From the NCBI GenBank assembly GCA_048938385.1, contig JBHLMG010000001.1, positions 183,703 to 215,702 on the forward strand: DNA of 32,000 nt, written 5' to 3'. This document shows positions 16,213 to 25,678 of this stretch, piece by piece. Position 1 is the first letter of the stretch. Each line of letters starts with the position of its first letter. This DNA comes from Promethearchaeota archaeon. GTDB taxonomy: Archaea > Asgardarchaeota > Hermodarchaeia > Hermodarchaeales > Hermodarchaeaceae. The notes under the pieces were generated by a model that did not search any database, had not been told where the DNA came from, and worked only from the letters and a program-made list of their open reading frames with translations. A program made the translations under genes and the position numbers.

Positions 16213-16673
16213 CCTCATCAGATATCAAACTTAACATAGAAGAAATTAAACTGATGGCCCTCTTCGGTGACATTACAGGAGCAGAAGTCAAAGACTGCGT
16301 CGTCGACCAAGATGGAGAACGAATAATCTTTGTTGTGGGTCTAGGCCATCTTGGCCTCGCTATCGGACGACGAGGAGCAACCATCAAGCGGGCACGAACC
16401 ATCTTAAAAAGGGACATAGACGTCGTGGAAGAGGCGGCTTCCCCTGAGGGATTTGTTCGCAATGCCTTAGCACCAGCTAGGATAACCAATGTTGATGTTC
16501 AAGAACAATCCAAAGGCCGTAGAGTCGCCGTCGTCACGGTCAGTACTGAAAATCGTGGTCGTGTCATTGGCCGAAATGGCCGGAATATCGAGCGGGCACG
16601 CCTTTTAGCAAAACGCCATCACGGTATTGACTCAATCATTATCACAGACTCTTCTGCTGAAGCCACCTCCTAA
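16209..16673 (+). CDS. nusA: archaeal NusA-like transcription termination factor (two KH domains)
   Basis: 154 aa. The GTG start overlaps the L30e stop (GTGA). Two KH signatures are present: GLAIGRRGATIKRA and GRVIGRNGRNIERA. Confidence 0.9.
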   Translation: MTSSDIKLNIEEIKLMALFGDITGAEVKDCVVDQDGERIIFVVGLGHLGLAIGRRGATIKRARTILKRDIDVVEEAASPEGFVRNALAPARITNVDVQEQSKGRRVAVVTVSTENRGRVIGRNGRNIERARLLAKRHHGIDSIIITDSSAEATS

Positions 16674-16754
16674 TATGAACTCAGCCGATAGATGGGAAGA
16701 GTTTTAAGTGAATTCGCGGAATCGCAGCACCCGACATTAAGAGGTAAAAACAGA

Positions 16755-17198
16755 TTGCCTGGATCAAAATCGCCCTCTGGAGAATTTGCTGGCCGTTCAC
16801 TGAAGAAGAAACGCAAGAAGCTCCGCTGGAAGGATCGATACTACAAACGACAAATGCTTCGCTTAGATGTCAAAGCAGACCCACTTGAAGGAAGCCCACA
16901 GGCTCGCGCAATTGTGCTTGAAAAAGTAGGCATCGAATCCAAACAGCCAAACTCTGCCATTCGAAAATGTGTTCGGGTACAACTAATCCGTAATGGTCGA
17001 CAAATCACAGCGTTCCTTCCCGGTGATGGAGCGCTAACTTTTGTCGATGAACACGATGAAGTTATTGTTGAAGGCATTGGAGGTTCTCGTGGACGATCAA
17101 TGGGTGACCTTCCGGGAGTTCGGTGGAAGGTCGTAAAATGCAACGGGGCCTCACTTGAAGCAATGATAATTGGAAAAGTTGAGAAGCCACAACGATAA
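16755..17198 (+). CDS. rps12: ribosomal protein uS12
   Basis: Contains [15 protein letters not shown] prefer the TTG start at 16755, giving [22 protein letters not shown] as in archaeal S12, with GAGGT 9 nt upstream. The track start at 16692 adds 21 atypical residues. Confidence 0.9.
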   Translation: MPGSKSPSGEFAGRSLKKKRKKLRWKDRYYKRQMLRLDVKADPLEGSPQARAIVLEKVGIESKQPNSAIRKCVRVQLIRNGRQITAFLPGDGALTFVDEHDEVIVEGIGGSRGRSMGDLPGVRWKVVKCNGASLEAMIIGKVEKPQR

Positions 17199-17220
17199 CC
17201 TGTCGAGGTGTCAAACGATT

Positions 17221-17859
17221 ATGTCTACTGAAACTCCTCCTAAACAATCTCCCTCTCCTAATATCAAAATTTTTGGACGCTGGAGTGCTAAAGATATTGA
17301 AATTAGTGATCCAGGACTCGCACAATACCTTAGTCTAAGTCCAGTTATTGTCCCCCACACTTTTGGGCGTCATGAACACCGCCGGTTCGGGAAGAAGAAT
17401 GTCCCCATTGTTGAACGGTTCATCAACCGATTAATGACACCTGGTTGGGCTCGTCGACGAAGCCAAGGAGCCCGCCAAGCAGGTCTTATCACAGGTAAGA
17501 AATCCACAGCTATTCGTATCGTTCGGTCCGCGTTTGAAATCATCCATCTGCGATCAGGTCAAAACCCGATTCAAGTACTCATTGATGCCATTATCAATGC
17601 CGCACCTCGCGAAGAAACCACGCGCATCTCTTATGGAGGAATTAGCTATCACACTGCCTGTGATGTTGCCCCCCTCCGACGCATCGACCTCGCTCTTAGG
17701 TTCATCTCCGAAAGTATCTGGCGTCGCAGTTTTAGCACCATCGAATCCGTGGAAGAAATTGTCGCTGACGAACTAATCGCCGCCGCGACTCGCGATGCTC
17801 GAAGCAACGCCGTACGACGGCGCGAAGAGAAAGAACGCATGGCGCTCTCCGCTCGATAA
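17221..17859 (+). CDS. rps7: ribosomal protein uS7
   Basis: Contains IFGRWSAKDIEISDPGL..., IVERFINRLM and the C-terminal KEEKERMALSAR. The ATG at 17221 (MSTETPP) is preferred over the track start at 17170, which overlaps S12. Confidence 0.92.
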   Translation: MSTETPPKQSPSPNIKIFGRWSAKDIEISDPGLAQYLSLSPVIVPHTFGRHEHRRFGKKNVPIVERFINRLMTPGWARRRSQGARQAGLITGKKSTAIRIVRSAFEIIHLRSGQNPIQVLIDAIINAAPREETTRISYGGISYHTACDVAPLRRIDLALRFISESIWRRSFSTIESVEEIVADELIAAATRDARSNAVRRREEKERMALSAR

Positions 17860-17943
17860 CCTCCATGTCTTCGTTCCTTCTCCATATTAACGATTCAACT
17901 AGTAATAACCTGAGATGCTCTGTGAAACGATAACGCCAAAAGA

Positions 17944-17953
17944 GTTTTATATT
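17944..17953 (+). promoter_or_regulatory. TATA box (GTTTTATATT) upstream of EF-1alpha
   Basis: Lies about 60 nt upstream of the ATG at 18015 in a 155-nt intergenic gap. Confidence 0.4.
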
Positions 17954-18014
17954 TCGCACTGAAACTCCCTGAACCTGTTAATGCCAGCTTAACAAAGAGT
18001 GAGCTGAACAGACA

Positions 18015-19316
18015 ATGTCAGATAAGAAACCACACATCAACCTCATCATCATTGGACATGTAGATCACGGCAAGTCCACCCTGATGGGGCACATGCTATA
18101 CAAGACTGGAGCACTGTCAAAACAAGAAATGGCAAAGCTCGAAAAGTTGGCAGAAGAGATGGATCGTGGATCCTTCAAATTTGCTTATGTGATGGATCGC
18201 CTCAAAGAGGAACGAGAACGCGGACTGACCATAGACTTAGCGTTCCGTCCATTTCAGACTCAAAAAAACTACTTCACAATTATTGACGCACCGGGTCATG
18301 CTGACTTCATTAAGAACATGATCACTGGAGCTAGTCAAGCTGATGCTGCTATTCTAGTGGTGTCGGCGCGTAAGGGTGAGTTTGAAGCTGGCGTGGGTGC
18401 TGGTGGTCAGACGCGCGAGCACGCATTCCTTGCAAAGACTCTGGGCATTGATCAAGTCGTCGTTGCCATCAATAAGATGGATGATTCGACTCCGCCATGG
18501 TCTGAAGAACGCTATAACGAGATCAAAGCCGAGGTTTCTGAACTTTTGAAAGGTGCACAGTTTGACGTCAGCAAAGTCCAGTTCGTACCTATCTCAGGAT
18601 GGACTGGTGACACCCTAAACGAAGCTAGTACGAACATGGGTTGGTACAAAGGCCCAACTCTCCTAGACGCCATTGACCAATTCATCCTACCACCCAAGCC
18701 CATCGAAGATCCACTTCGCGTACCAATTCAGGATGTGTACACCATCACCGGAATTGGCACGGTCCCAGTGGGGCGTATTGAAACAGGAGTACTAAAAGTC
18801 GGGGACAAGGTCATCTTCATGCCACCTAACAAACAAGGAGAAATAAAGACCATTGAAATGCACCACGAACGCATGGACAAAGCAGAACCTGGTGATAACA
18901 TTGGATTTAATGTTCGAGGCATCGGTAAAGGCGAAATCCGCCGTGGCGATGTCATGGGGCATGTCAATAAACCACCACGGGTTGTCCAAGAATTCGTCGG
19001 GCAAATCATTGTCCTCTTTCACCCTCGGGCTATTGCCGCAGGTTACACACCCGTTCTTCACGCGCACACCGCACAAGTGGCAGCAACCATTACCGAAATC
19101 AAGTCAAAGCTTGATCCCCGAACCGGTGAAGTTGTCCAAGAAAATCCTGACTTCATCAAGCAGGGAGACTCAGCTATTGTGAAACTTCGACCAGTTCAAC
19201 CACTGTGTCTTGAAACCTATGCTCAAATGAAACAGTTAGGGCGTTTTGCTATCCGCGACAGTGGACGGACAGTAGCGGTCGGAGTTGTCAGAGAGGTCAC
19301 CGAAGAGAGGAAGTAA
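18015..19316 (+). CDS. tuf: translation elongation factor EF-1alpha
   Basis: 433 aa with GTPase motifs [14 protein letters not shown] and NKMD. Confidence 0.97.
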   Translation: MSDKKPHINLIIIGHVDHGKSTLMGHMLYKTGALSKQEMAKLEKLAEEMDRGSFKFAYVMDRLKEERERGLTIDLAFRPFQTQKNYFTIIDAPGHADFIKNMITGASQADAAILVVSARKGEFEAGVGAGGQTREHAFLAKTLGIDQVVVAINKMDDSTPPWSEERYNEIKAEVSELLKGAQFDVSKVQFVPISGWTGDTLNEASTNMGWYKGPTLLDAIDQFILPPKPIEDPLRVPIQDVYTITGIGTVPVGRIETGVLKVGDKVIFMPPNKQGEIKTIEMHHERMDKAEPGDNIGFNVRGIGKGEIRRGDVMGHVNKPPRVVQEFVGQIIVLFHPRAIAAGYTPVLHAHTAQVAATITEIKSKLDPRTGEVVQENPDFIKQGDSAIVKLRPVQPLCLETYAQMKQLGRFAIRDSGRTVAVGVVREVTEERK

Positions 19317-19358
19317 TGATAACAGGAACCTGTTATCATCCCCCTCTTTCTTTTTTTC
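19317..19358 (+). terminator. 10-bp perfect hairpin plus T-tract after EF-1alpha
   Basis: TGATAACAGG AA CCTGTTATCA is followed by TCCCCCTCTTTCTTTTTTTCTC. Confidence 0.6.
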
Positions 19359-19387
19359 TCATTAACTGAGTCATTGTTATGGAAAAA

Positions 19388-19398
19388 GAGTTAAAAGG
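19388..19398 (+). promoter_or_regulatory. TATA-like GAGTTAAAAGG upstream of S10
   Basis: Lies about 55 nt upstream of the ATG at 19454 and shares its core with 5419-5428. Confidence 0.4.
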
Positions 19399-19453
19399 CA
19401 CCAAACTATGGGATTGATTCCCAACTTCGAAAAGAACACTGAGTGTAGTACTT

Positions 19454-19762
19454 ATGGTTCAAAAAGCACGGATTCGACTCTCAAGTACCGACATCCCCAA
19501 ACTAAACGAGGTTTGCACCCAAGTCCAATCTATCGTATCGCGAACTGGAGTTCACATGTCGGGTCCAATACCGCTCCCAACAAAAACCCTCAAAGTCCAC
19601 ACAAGAAAATCACCTTGTGGTGAAGGCACTCCAACTTGGGATCATTGGCAAATGCGAATCCACAAACGGCTCATCGATTTAGAAGCTGATGAACGAACCA
19701 TGCGACAGATAATGCGAATTCGAGTGCCAGACGAAGTTTTTATTGAGATTACGCTTAAGTGA
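19454..19762 (+). CDS. rps10: ribosomal protein uS10
   Basis: 102 aa. ARIRLSSTD...GPIPLPTK...HKRLIDL is typical of S10. Confidence 0.93.
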   Translation: MVQKARIRLSSTDIPKLNEVCTQVQSIVSRTGVHMSGPIPLPTKTLKVHTRKSPCGEGTPTWDHWQMRIHKRLIDLEADERTMRQIMRIRVPDEVFIEITLK

Positions 19763-19871
19763 GAAGCTCAACTGTCGCCGGGACACCAACTCTCACGCCA
19801 TTTCTTTTTAAAAATCATCACTATTCTTCAAGAGTAATGCTATTTAGTAATGTATTAGCAACGATTCCATT

Positions 19872-20387
19872 ATGTCTGCCGAGAATCCACGCACAACCTT
19901 GTGTATCGTCCTTTTTGCAAGCCTTTTAGTTTACACTATGATTGCAATGCTACTTCTTCCTCTTATCACGCCACTCATTATAACTCGAGAAGATGCTATG
20001 ACCGCTATTTTCCAAAGCAGCTTGATGTATTTTTTCCTTTTCTTGGTATTTTTACTCCCATCAAGTTTTGTGTATTGGCGCCATCGAATTGATGTAAAGG
20101 TTCTTGGACCAGAACCTGCTGCTGTGGAGCCAGGTGATGAAATTACTCTAACTGTGGCTGTAGGTTTACCCGGCGATACCTCACCCAAAGGTGCTGTGCT
20201 TGAGGCCTTTCTAGGAGAACTCATCATCGCTACCCAGAAGGTTGAGAGGAGTCCTGTATATCTTTCTTTGCAAGTACCAGAAATAACTCCTGGCTACCAT
20301 AAGGTCATCGTCCGAGTAAGTCAAGAAGGTTATTTCAGCGCTTCTAACGCTTATGAGCTTCTCATCGCTCCTGGCGAGATCATTTAG
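19872..20387 (+). CDS. hypothetical membrane protein (two TM helices plus a beta-sandwich-like C-terminal domain)
   Basis: 171 aa. TM segments are LCIVLFASLLVYTMIAMLLLPLI and LMYFFLFLVFLLPSSFVYW. The C-terminal region has alternating polar and non-polar beta-strand character (EITLTVAV, KVIVRVS). I recognise no family. Confidence 0.5.
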   Translation: MSAENPRTTLCIVLFASLLVYTMIAMLLLPLITPLIITREDAMTAIFQSSLMYFFLFLVFLLPSSFVYWRHRIDVKVLGPEPAAVEPGDEITLTVAVGLPGDTSPKGAVLEAFLGELIIATQKVERSPVYLSLQVPEITPGYHKVIVRVSQEGYFSASNAYELLIAPGEII

Positions 20388-20388
20388 C

Positions 20389-21276
20389 TCACAGGTGTGC
20401 TTGCTCTAATAGACGAAAAATCGTCAACCCAATCAAGACGGCTTCCTCGACGCGCACTGTAGCGACACCTTGGGCTGAAAGAAAATTCACTTGATAACTC
20501 GTGATCGCAATCAGGTCAAGTCCCTCTCGGCTCAAAATCGCATCTAATCCTTCCTTATGACTACCAAATAGCAACAGCAAGTGTCCCACTTTCTGCCAGG
20601 TTTGGCGAAGCAAAGGGGCATAGTTGTTTACCAAATTTCCTTTTCGCGTTGTAGCCACGATAAATTTGTAAGCGGAAGTCTTTTGCAAGAAGTCACCTAA
20701 AAGCGATGGCACTTGCTGTACTTTGTATCCCCAATAAACATGGGATTGGGTAAATGAGTATGGTTGAGCAACTAAATCACCAGAACGGCTTCGATGGACT
20801 TGAACCGTGATGCGGGCTGGAAGGCGTTCAGAGCGAATATTTTGAAGAGGAAGAGGAACTTCCACTCCTATATCAACCACTGGCTGGCCCCCTTGTTGAA
20901 AGGCATATCCTTCACGGATTTCTCCCTGCTTAAGTTTCTGTATCCGCTTTTCTACGGGGTGATGAGGAGTCCGTAGAGGTGGGAGAAGTCCAACATATTG
21001 CAACTCAGGGAGTTTTTTGAAAAGGTGCTTTCTGAGGTATTGAGGCGTTTCCATATACTCAAGCACTTGTGTGATGAGTTGGTTATTCCTTCTTTGTCGT
21101 TGAGTTTCCTCATCAAGATATACCAGAATTTCATCTACCTGAAAGATTGAAGCTGCTCGTGCGATTCGCCCAATATGTTGAGTCTTTTGCGCCTTATTCG
21201 GATAGATGTCAATGAAGGAAGATGGAACCGCAATAGAAAGGCGCAAAGGATTAGATTCGGAATTTGTCGATAACAT
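20389..21276 (-). CDS. SPOUT-class putative RNA methyltransferase (DUF171 / Methyltrn_RNA_3-like)
   Basis: 295 aa. The N-terminus LRLSIAVPSSFI...IGRIARAASIFQVDEILVY is as in the DUF171 family, and the C-terminal GSHKEGL..NFLS..GVATVRVEEAVLI resembles the knot region. It is last in the minus-strand series archease-rtcB-SPOUT, with 12-nt and 15-nt gaps. Confidence 0.7.
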   Translation of the reverse strand: MLSTNSESNPLRLSIAVPSSFIDIYPNKAQKTQHIGRIARAASIFQVDEILVYLDEETQRQRRNNQLITQVLEYMETPQYLRKHLFKKLPELQYVGLLPPLRTPHHPVEKRIQKLKQGEIREGYAFQQGGQPVVDIGVEVPLPLQNIRSERLPARITVQVHRSRSGDLVAQPYSFTQSHVYWGYKVQQVPSLLGDFLQKTSAYKFIVATTRKGNLVNNYAPLLRQTWQKVGHLLLLFGSHKEGLDAILSREGLDLIAITSYQVNFLSAQGVATVRVEEAVLIGLTIFRLLEQAHL

Positions 21277-21291
21277 TCTTTGAAACCAAAC

Positions 21292-22752
21292 CTAGCCTTT
21301 CACAACTCCCATCGGCACTTGGCTAGCCACCTTTCGTGAAATATCTGCTCCATGAACTGAATCAACGACAATGTGAACATCTTTGTATGCATTCGGTGCT
21401 TCCTCAGCAAGAATTTTCATACCCACAGAGCGAATCACTTTCCCTTTCTGTTCCAGATTGTTTTTGACATCCTTGCCAAAAAAGCGGCGAGTTGCAGCAG
21501 AACGGGACATTGCACGTCCTGCACCGTGACAGGTTGATCCGAAGGTTTCCTTCATCGCCTGTTCAGTACCAACAAGCACATAGGATGCAGTACCCATTGA
21601 TCCACCAATCAACACTGGTTGTCCCACTGCTCGGTAAGGTTCTGGAATCATCGGGTGTCCTGGTCCGAATGCTCGAGTCGCACCTTTGCGATGAACGTAA
21701 AGCTTTTTCTTCAAACCATTTAACTCATGAGTTTCGAATTTACAGATGTTGTGTGTTACATCATAGACTAAGTGTAGACCTAGTTTCTCCCAATCCTGTC
21801 CCATCACAGCTTGAAATCCTTCACGAATCCAGTGTGTCATGACTTGTCGGTTGCAAAAAGCAAAGTTTACAGCCGCCTTCATTGCTGCATAGTAGTCCTG
21901 TCCTTCCGGTGATTGCGCTGGCGCGCACACTAATTGTTTATCTGGAAGCCAAATATTGTATTTCTTAACAGCCACGGCCATTCGTTCCAAATAATCTGTT
22001 GCCACCTGGTGACCGAAACCCCGCGACCCACAATGCAACATAATCACAACTTGTCCCTCTTCGAGACCAAAGGCTTTGGCTGTTGATGCATCAAAGATCT
22101 TGTTGACTTTTTGAACTTCCAGATAATGATTCCCGGCACCCAGCGTCCCCAACTGTGGGCGTCCACGCCTACGCGCCTTTTCAGAAATTCTTGGCGCTGA
22201 AGTGGCTGCTTTATCCATAGAACCGTTTTCTTCGCAATGCGTTAAATCGGCTTCGAGGCCGTAACCATTTTCTACCGCCCACCTTGCCCCGAGCCGAAGA
22301 ACCTCATTAAACTGCCCATCGCTCAATCGAATTTTTCCCTTCGAACCCACACCTGCTGGAACACGATTGAAAAGCTCATCCACTAATTCACGGAGTTTTG
22401 GTTTAACATCATCTACGGTGAGATTTGAGCGAATTAAGCGAACACCACAATTAATGTCAAAACCAGTACAACCCGCAGAGATCACTCCCTCTTCCGCGTC
22501 GAAAGATCCAACCGCTCCCATTGGCAACCCATAACCCCAATGGGCGTCAGGCATAGCGAGAACTGGTTCAACAACACCAGGTAGAGTTGCAACATTAGTC
22601 AACTGCTCTACTGCTGCATCTTCGAGCGTCTCAATTATCTCACTCGAACCAATAATCTTTGCTCCCACATTCATTCGGTCTCGGGCTGATTTGTCTAACC
22701 ACCATCGAAACTCATCCTGCCGCTTTAACTTCTCCTTCATTATAATTTTCAC
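21292..22752 (-). CDS. rtcB: RtcB RNA 3'-phosphate ligase (tRNA-splicing ligase)
   Basis: 486 aa. Motifs MPDAHWGYGLPMG, GFDINCGVR, GAGNHYLE, HCGSRGFGHQ, HRKGATRA and TCHGAGR. The length is standard, so no intein is present. Confidence 0.96.
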   Translation of the reverse strand: MKIIMKEKLKRQDEFRWWLDKSARDRMNVGAKIIGSSEIIETLEDAAVEQLTNVATLPGVVEPVLAMPDAHWGYGLPMGAVGSFDAEEGVISAGCTGFDINCGVRLIRSNLTVDDVKPKLRELVDELFNRVPAGVGSKGKIRLSDGQFNEVLRLGARWAVENGYGLEADLTHCEENGSMDKAATSAPRISEKARRRGRPQLGTLGAGNHYLEVQKVNKIFDASTAKAFGLEEGQVVIMLHCGSRGFGHQVATDYLERMAVAVKKYNIWLPDKQLVCAPAQSPEGQDYYAAMKAAVNFAFCNRQVMTHWIREGFQAVMGQDWEKLGLHLVYDVTHNICKFETHELNGLKKKLYVHRKGATRAFGPGHPMIPEPYRAVGQPVLIGGSMGTASYVLVGTEQAMKETFGSTCHGAGRAMSRSAATRRFFGKDVKNNLEQKGKVIRSVGMKILAEEAPNAYKDVHIVVDSVHGADISRKVASQVPMGVVKG

Positions 22753-22764
22753 CTTCTAGCCTTT

Positions 22765-23187
22765 TCAGACATCAACTACAACAGTTGCCACATATTGGTT
22801 ATTAACCCTTTCAAGAGCAAACCTGTAAAAAGTCACACCTTTTACATGTGTGTGTAATTCCGGCATCTCTTGGCTTCCCATGGCTTTACCTGAAAGCTGT
22901 AACAATTTTTCAGGTGTTTTAACTATCGAATCGATAGCGAAATTGCTGAAAAATACCTCTTCAACTTCAAATTCGATTAATAAATTCGATAACCAGTCAT
23001 AAAGGAGGTGTTCCTCGTCCTTTCCCTGGGCAGTGATTTGGAGGCTAGTTTCGTTTTGCACCTCATCTAGATCATACATTACTCCAAACATCGCCTTGGC
23101 GGCATTAATGAAAACCTCAGCAAGCGTTTGGCCATAGGCACGGAACATTTGATCTGAAGTAATTTCATCAGGATATTCATATTCCAT
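22765..23187 (-). CDS. archease (RtcB activator), divergent at the conserved motifs
   Basis: 140 aa directly upstream of rtcB. EITSDQMFRAYGQTLAEVF aligns to the archease N-terminal motif EHTADIGVRGYGSTLEEAF, and VKGVTFY to VKAITYH. The Asp and Lys are kept; His becomes Ile and YH becomes FY. Confidence 0.75.
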   Translation of the reverse strand: MEYEYPDEITSDQMFRAYGQTLAEVFINAAKAMFGVMYDLDEVQNETSLQITAQGKDEEHLLYDWLSNLLIEFEVEEVFFSNFAIDSIVKTPEKLLQLSGKAMGSQEMPELHTHVKGVTFYRFALERVNNQYVATVVVDV

Positions 23188-23292
23188 ATATGATCACCAA
23201 GAGCAACGCGGGAGGATGGCGGATCCTCGCCTTTTAATTTTGATGTTTTCCCTGCTTGAAGAATCAATGTCGACATAAAAATCATATTGGAG

Positions 23293-23406
23293 TGGCGCCG
23301 GGTAAGGGATTCGAACCCTTGCGGCTCGGAAGCCACAGGCTGCCTTGGGGTGGTAACAATACCTGACCACTCAAGGCCCGCGCCGTAACCACTTGGCTAA
23401 CCCGGC
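23293..23406 (-). tRNA. tRNA-Ser(TGA) with a 28-nt canonical (37/38) intron; CCA encoded
   Basis: Exons: GCCGGGT TA GCC AAGTGGTTAC GGC G CGGGC CTTGAG | A GCCTG TGGCTTCCGAGCCGC AAGGG TTCGAAT CCCTT ACCCGGC G CCA. Intron 23342-23369, with a perfect central helix CTTG/CAAG. Confidence 0.88.
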
Positions 23407-23428
23407 TTCGTTTAGGATAGAACTACGA

Positions 23429-23444
23429 CTTTAAAGAAATAACG
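23429..23444. promoter_or_regulatory. palindromic TATA (CTTTAAAG) upstream of tRNA-Ser, possibly bidirectional
   Basis: Minus-strand TTTCTTTAAAG lies about 23 nt upstream of the tRNA-Ser 5' end. Confidence 0.45.
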
Positions 23445-23520
23445 GTAGAACTTCAACAAGGCGATTTATCACCACCGAATGATAGGAAACACTTAAATGA
23501 CGCAATCCGCTTCCCAGCAA

Positions 23521-23570
23521 GTCGCCGAAGGCAACCCCTTAGTGATAGCTACTACTGCCTTGCCGGCGAC
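23521..23570 (+). promoter_or_regulatory. 13-bp stem-loop in the leader of the L3 operon
   Basis: GTCGCCG-AAGGCA ... TGCCTT-GC-CGGCGAC forms 7 + 6 bp with a 2-nt bulge and a 21-nt loop. It ends 25 nt before the L3 ATG. Confidence 0.4.
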
Positions 23571-23594
23571 ATTAAATCCCTGGAAGTGGAATCC

Positions 23595-24596
23595 ATGGGT
23601 CACCGAAAACAAAGTGCTCCAAGACATGGTAGTCTTTCTTATCGTCCCCGAAAGCGTGCGCGCCGGGTTAGTGGACGAATTCGCTATTGGCCTCACCAAG
23701 TATCTGAACCTCAGATTCTCGGATTCGCTGGATTCAAAGTCGGTATGACTCATGTGATCCTCATTGATGATAAACCAAATAGCCCATGGTACGGTCGAGA
23801 AGTAAATCGCGCCGTTACCATTATAGATACGCCACCAATGCTGGTTGCTTCCCTCCGTGGATATGGGCAAAATGGCGGTGGGCTACGACCTATTAGCGAA
23901 TGCTGGATGGAAAACTTACCTCGTGATATTCGACGAACTATGCCTTGGCCTAAAGAGTATGATGCCAAAGCATCTCTGACAAAATTAAGCAAATCGCTAA
24001 GCGAGATTACTGAACTGCGTGTTCGTCTTTTAACACAACCCAGACAAGCTGGTATAGGGAAGAAAAAACCTGACATCTTAGAGATGGGCGTGTATGGTGG
24101 GTCAATTCAGGAGCAATTTGAATACGCAAAGAATCTGCTAGGGCAGGAGATTCGCGTTCGAGATATCTTTCAACCCGGACAGTATCTCGATGTCGTTTCA
24201 GTCACTAAAGGGAAAGGGTTCCAAGGCGTGATAAAACGGTTTGGTGTGGCAAAATTACCCCACAAATCAAGAAAACGGGTTCGAGCCGTTGGAACGCTCG
24301 GTCCATGGCATCCCAACCGAATTATGTATACTGTTCCCCGACCAGGTCAAATGGGCGTCCATCAGCGTACAGAATATAATAAGCGCCTGATAAAAATCGG
24401 TGAAAAAACCGATGATATACAACCACCTGGCGGCTTTACACATTATGGTACCCCTCAATCCGATTTTCTCCTGCTTGACGGGTCTATTCCTGGTCCTTCC
24501 CGACGGCTAATACAACTACGAATGCCCACTCGTCCTAAACCGATTCCGGATAAACCTCCCGAAATCGTGTATATCAGTACAAGTAGTAAGAAGTAA
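23595..24596 (+). CDS. rpl3: ribosomal protein uL3
   Basis: Starts MGHRKQSAPRHGSLSYRPRKRA and contains FKVGMTHV. The ATG at 23595 is preferred over the track GTG at 23586. Confidence 0.95.
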   Translation: MGHRKQSAPRHGSLSYRPRKRARRVSGRIRYWPHQVSEPQILGFAGFKVGMTHVILIDDKPNSPWYGREVNRAVTIIDTPPMLVASLRGYGQNGGGLRPISECWMENLPRDIRRTMPWPKEYDAKASLTKLSKSLSEITELRVRLLTQPRQAGIGKKKPDILEMGVYGGSIQEQFEYAKNLLGQEIRVRDIFQPGQYLDVVSVTKGKGFQGVIKRFGVAKLPHKSRKRVRAVGTLGPWHPNRIMYTVPRPGQMGVHQRTEYNKRLIKIGEKTDDIQPPGGFTHYGTPQSDFLLLDGSIPGPSRRLIQLRMPTRPKPIPDKPPEIVYISTSSKK

Positions 24597-24609
24597 AGGA
24601 GGATCCTTG

Positions 24610-25401
24610 ATGGCATCAGTTAAAATTCTCACATTGGACGGCAAGAAGAAGGGTGCAGTAACTCTTCCTTCGGTATTCGAGACGCCACTACGAAGGGATA
24701 TCATCAAACGCGCCGTTCTTGCGAAGCAATCTGCGGGCTTTCAACCCCACGGTGTTGATCCTAGGGCAGGTAAACGGACATCTGCTGAGTCTTGGGGGGT
24801 AGGACATGGTCGGGCTCGTGTTCCACGCAGAAAGGGCCAAGGGTATCAATCTGCCTCCCATGGTGCTTTTGCTCCTTCGACAGTTGGCGGTCGTCGTACT
24901 CACCCCCCAGAAGCTACCAAAAATTCTCTTGAAAGGATAAATAGAAATGAACGGCGACTGGCTATTCGCTCTGCCATTGCCGCGACCGCAAACAGTACAC
25001 TGGTGACAGCTCGTGGGCATACTTTTGAGGTAGACGAACTTCCCATCATCACGGTGGATGAACTTCAAGCCATTCAGTCAACAGAAGAGGCAAAGGAAGC
25101 GTTTGTAAATTTAGGGATATGGAATGATGTTCTCCGAGTGAAAAATGGTCGTAAAATCAGAGGCGGAAATGCTCGTCGTCGAGGTCGGAAGTATCGAAAA
25201 CCTGTTGGACCACTCATAGTAATCGTAGAGGATAAGGGCATTCGGAAAGCTGCACGCAATCTTCCTGGCGTCAAGATACGCTATGTATCAAAACTCAACG
25301 CTGAAGACCTCGCTCCAGGAACGCAACCAGGTAGACTTACTGTGTGGACAAAATCAGCTATAGATGCTCTCGCTACTGGTCTGTTTGGAGGCGGTCAATG
25401 A
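24610..25401 (+). CDS. rpl4: ribosomal protein uL4
   Basis: GGAGGA lies 8 nt upstream of the ATG at 24610. The motif SWGVGHGRARVPR is typical of L4. Confidence 0.93.
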   Translation: MASVKILTLDGKKKGAVTLPSVFETPLRRDIIKRAVLAKQSAGFQPHGVDPRAGKRTSAESWGVGHGRARVPRRKGQGYQSASHGAFAPSTVGGRRTHPPEATKNSLERINRNERRLAIRSAIAATANSTLVTARGHTFEVDELPIITVDELQAIQSTEEAKEAFVNLGIWNDVLRVKNGRKIRGGNARRRGRKYRKPVGPLIVIVEDKGIRKAARNLPGVKIRYVSKLNAEDLAPGTQPGRLTVWTKSAIDALATGLFGGGQ

Positions 25402-25661
25402 TGGAACCTTATGATGTTATCATCCGAATGATGATTACTGAGCGTGCCTCAGAAATTGTTGAAAAAGATAACCGGCTAACCTTCATTGTGAATCGAAAAG
25501 CCACAAAGGGGCAAATCCGTGAAGCAATTGAAACGCTTTACGAAGTGAAGGTTCTCAAAGTCAACACTCTCATCACACCTAAAGGCGAAAAGAAAGCCAT
25601 GGTCAAACTTGCTCCCGAGTATAACGCCGCTGATCTAGCTGTGAAACTTGGACTCTTCTAA
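25398..25661 (+). CDS. rpl23: ribosomal protein uL23
   Basis: 87 aa. The ATG overlaps the L4 stop (ATGA). Contains LTFIVNRKATKGQIREAIETLYEVKVLKVNT. Confidence 0.9.
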   Translation: MMEPYDVIIRMMITERASEIVEKDNRLTFIVNRKATKGQIREAIETLYEVKVLKVNTLITPKGEKKAMVKLAPEYNAADLAVKLGLF

Positions 25662-25678
25662 TCGGAGGTAAAAACACG

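Noticed and set aside
23493-23870. ORFs 23493-23870 (minus strand) and 23497-23748 (plus strand) around the L3 start.
   Set aside because: They overlap the L3 coding region and leader, show no family resemblance, and the region is better explained by the leader hairpin plus uL3.
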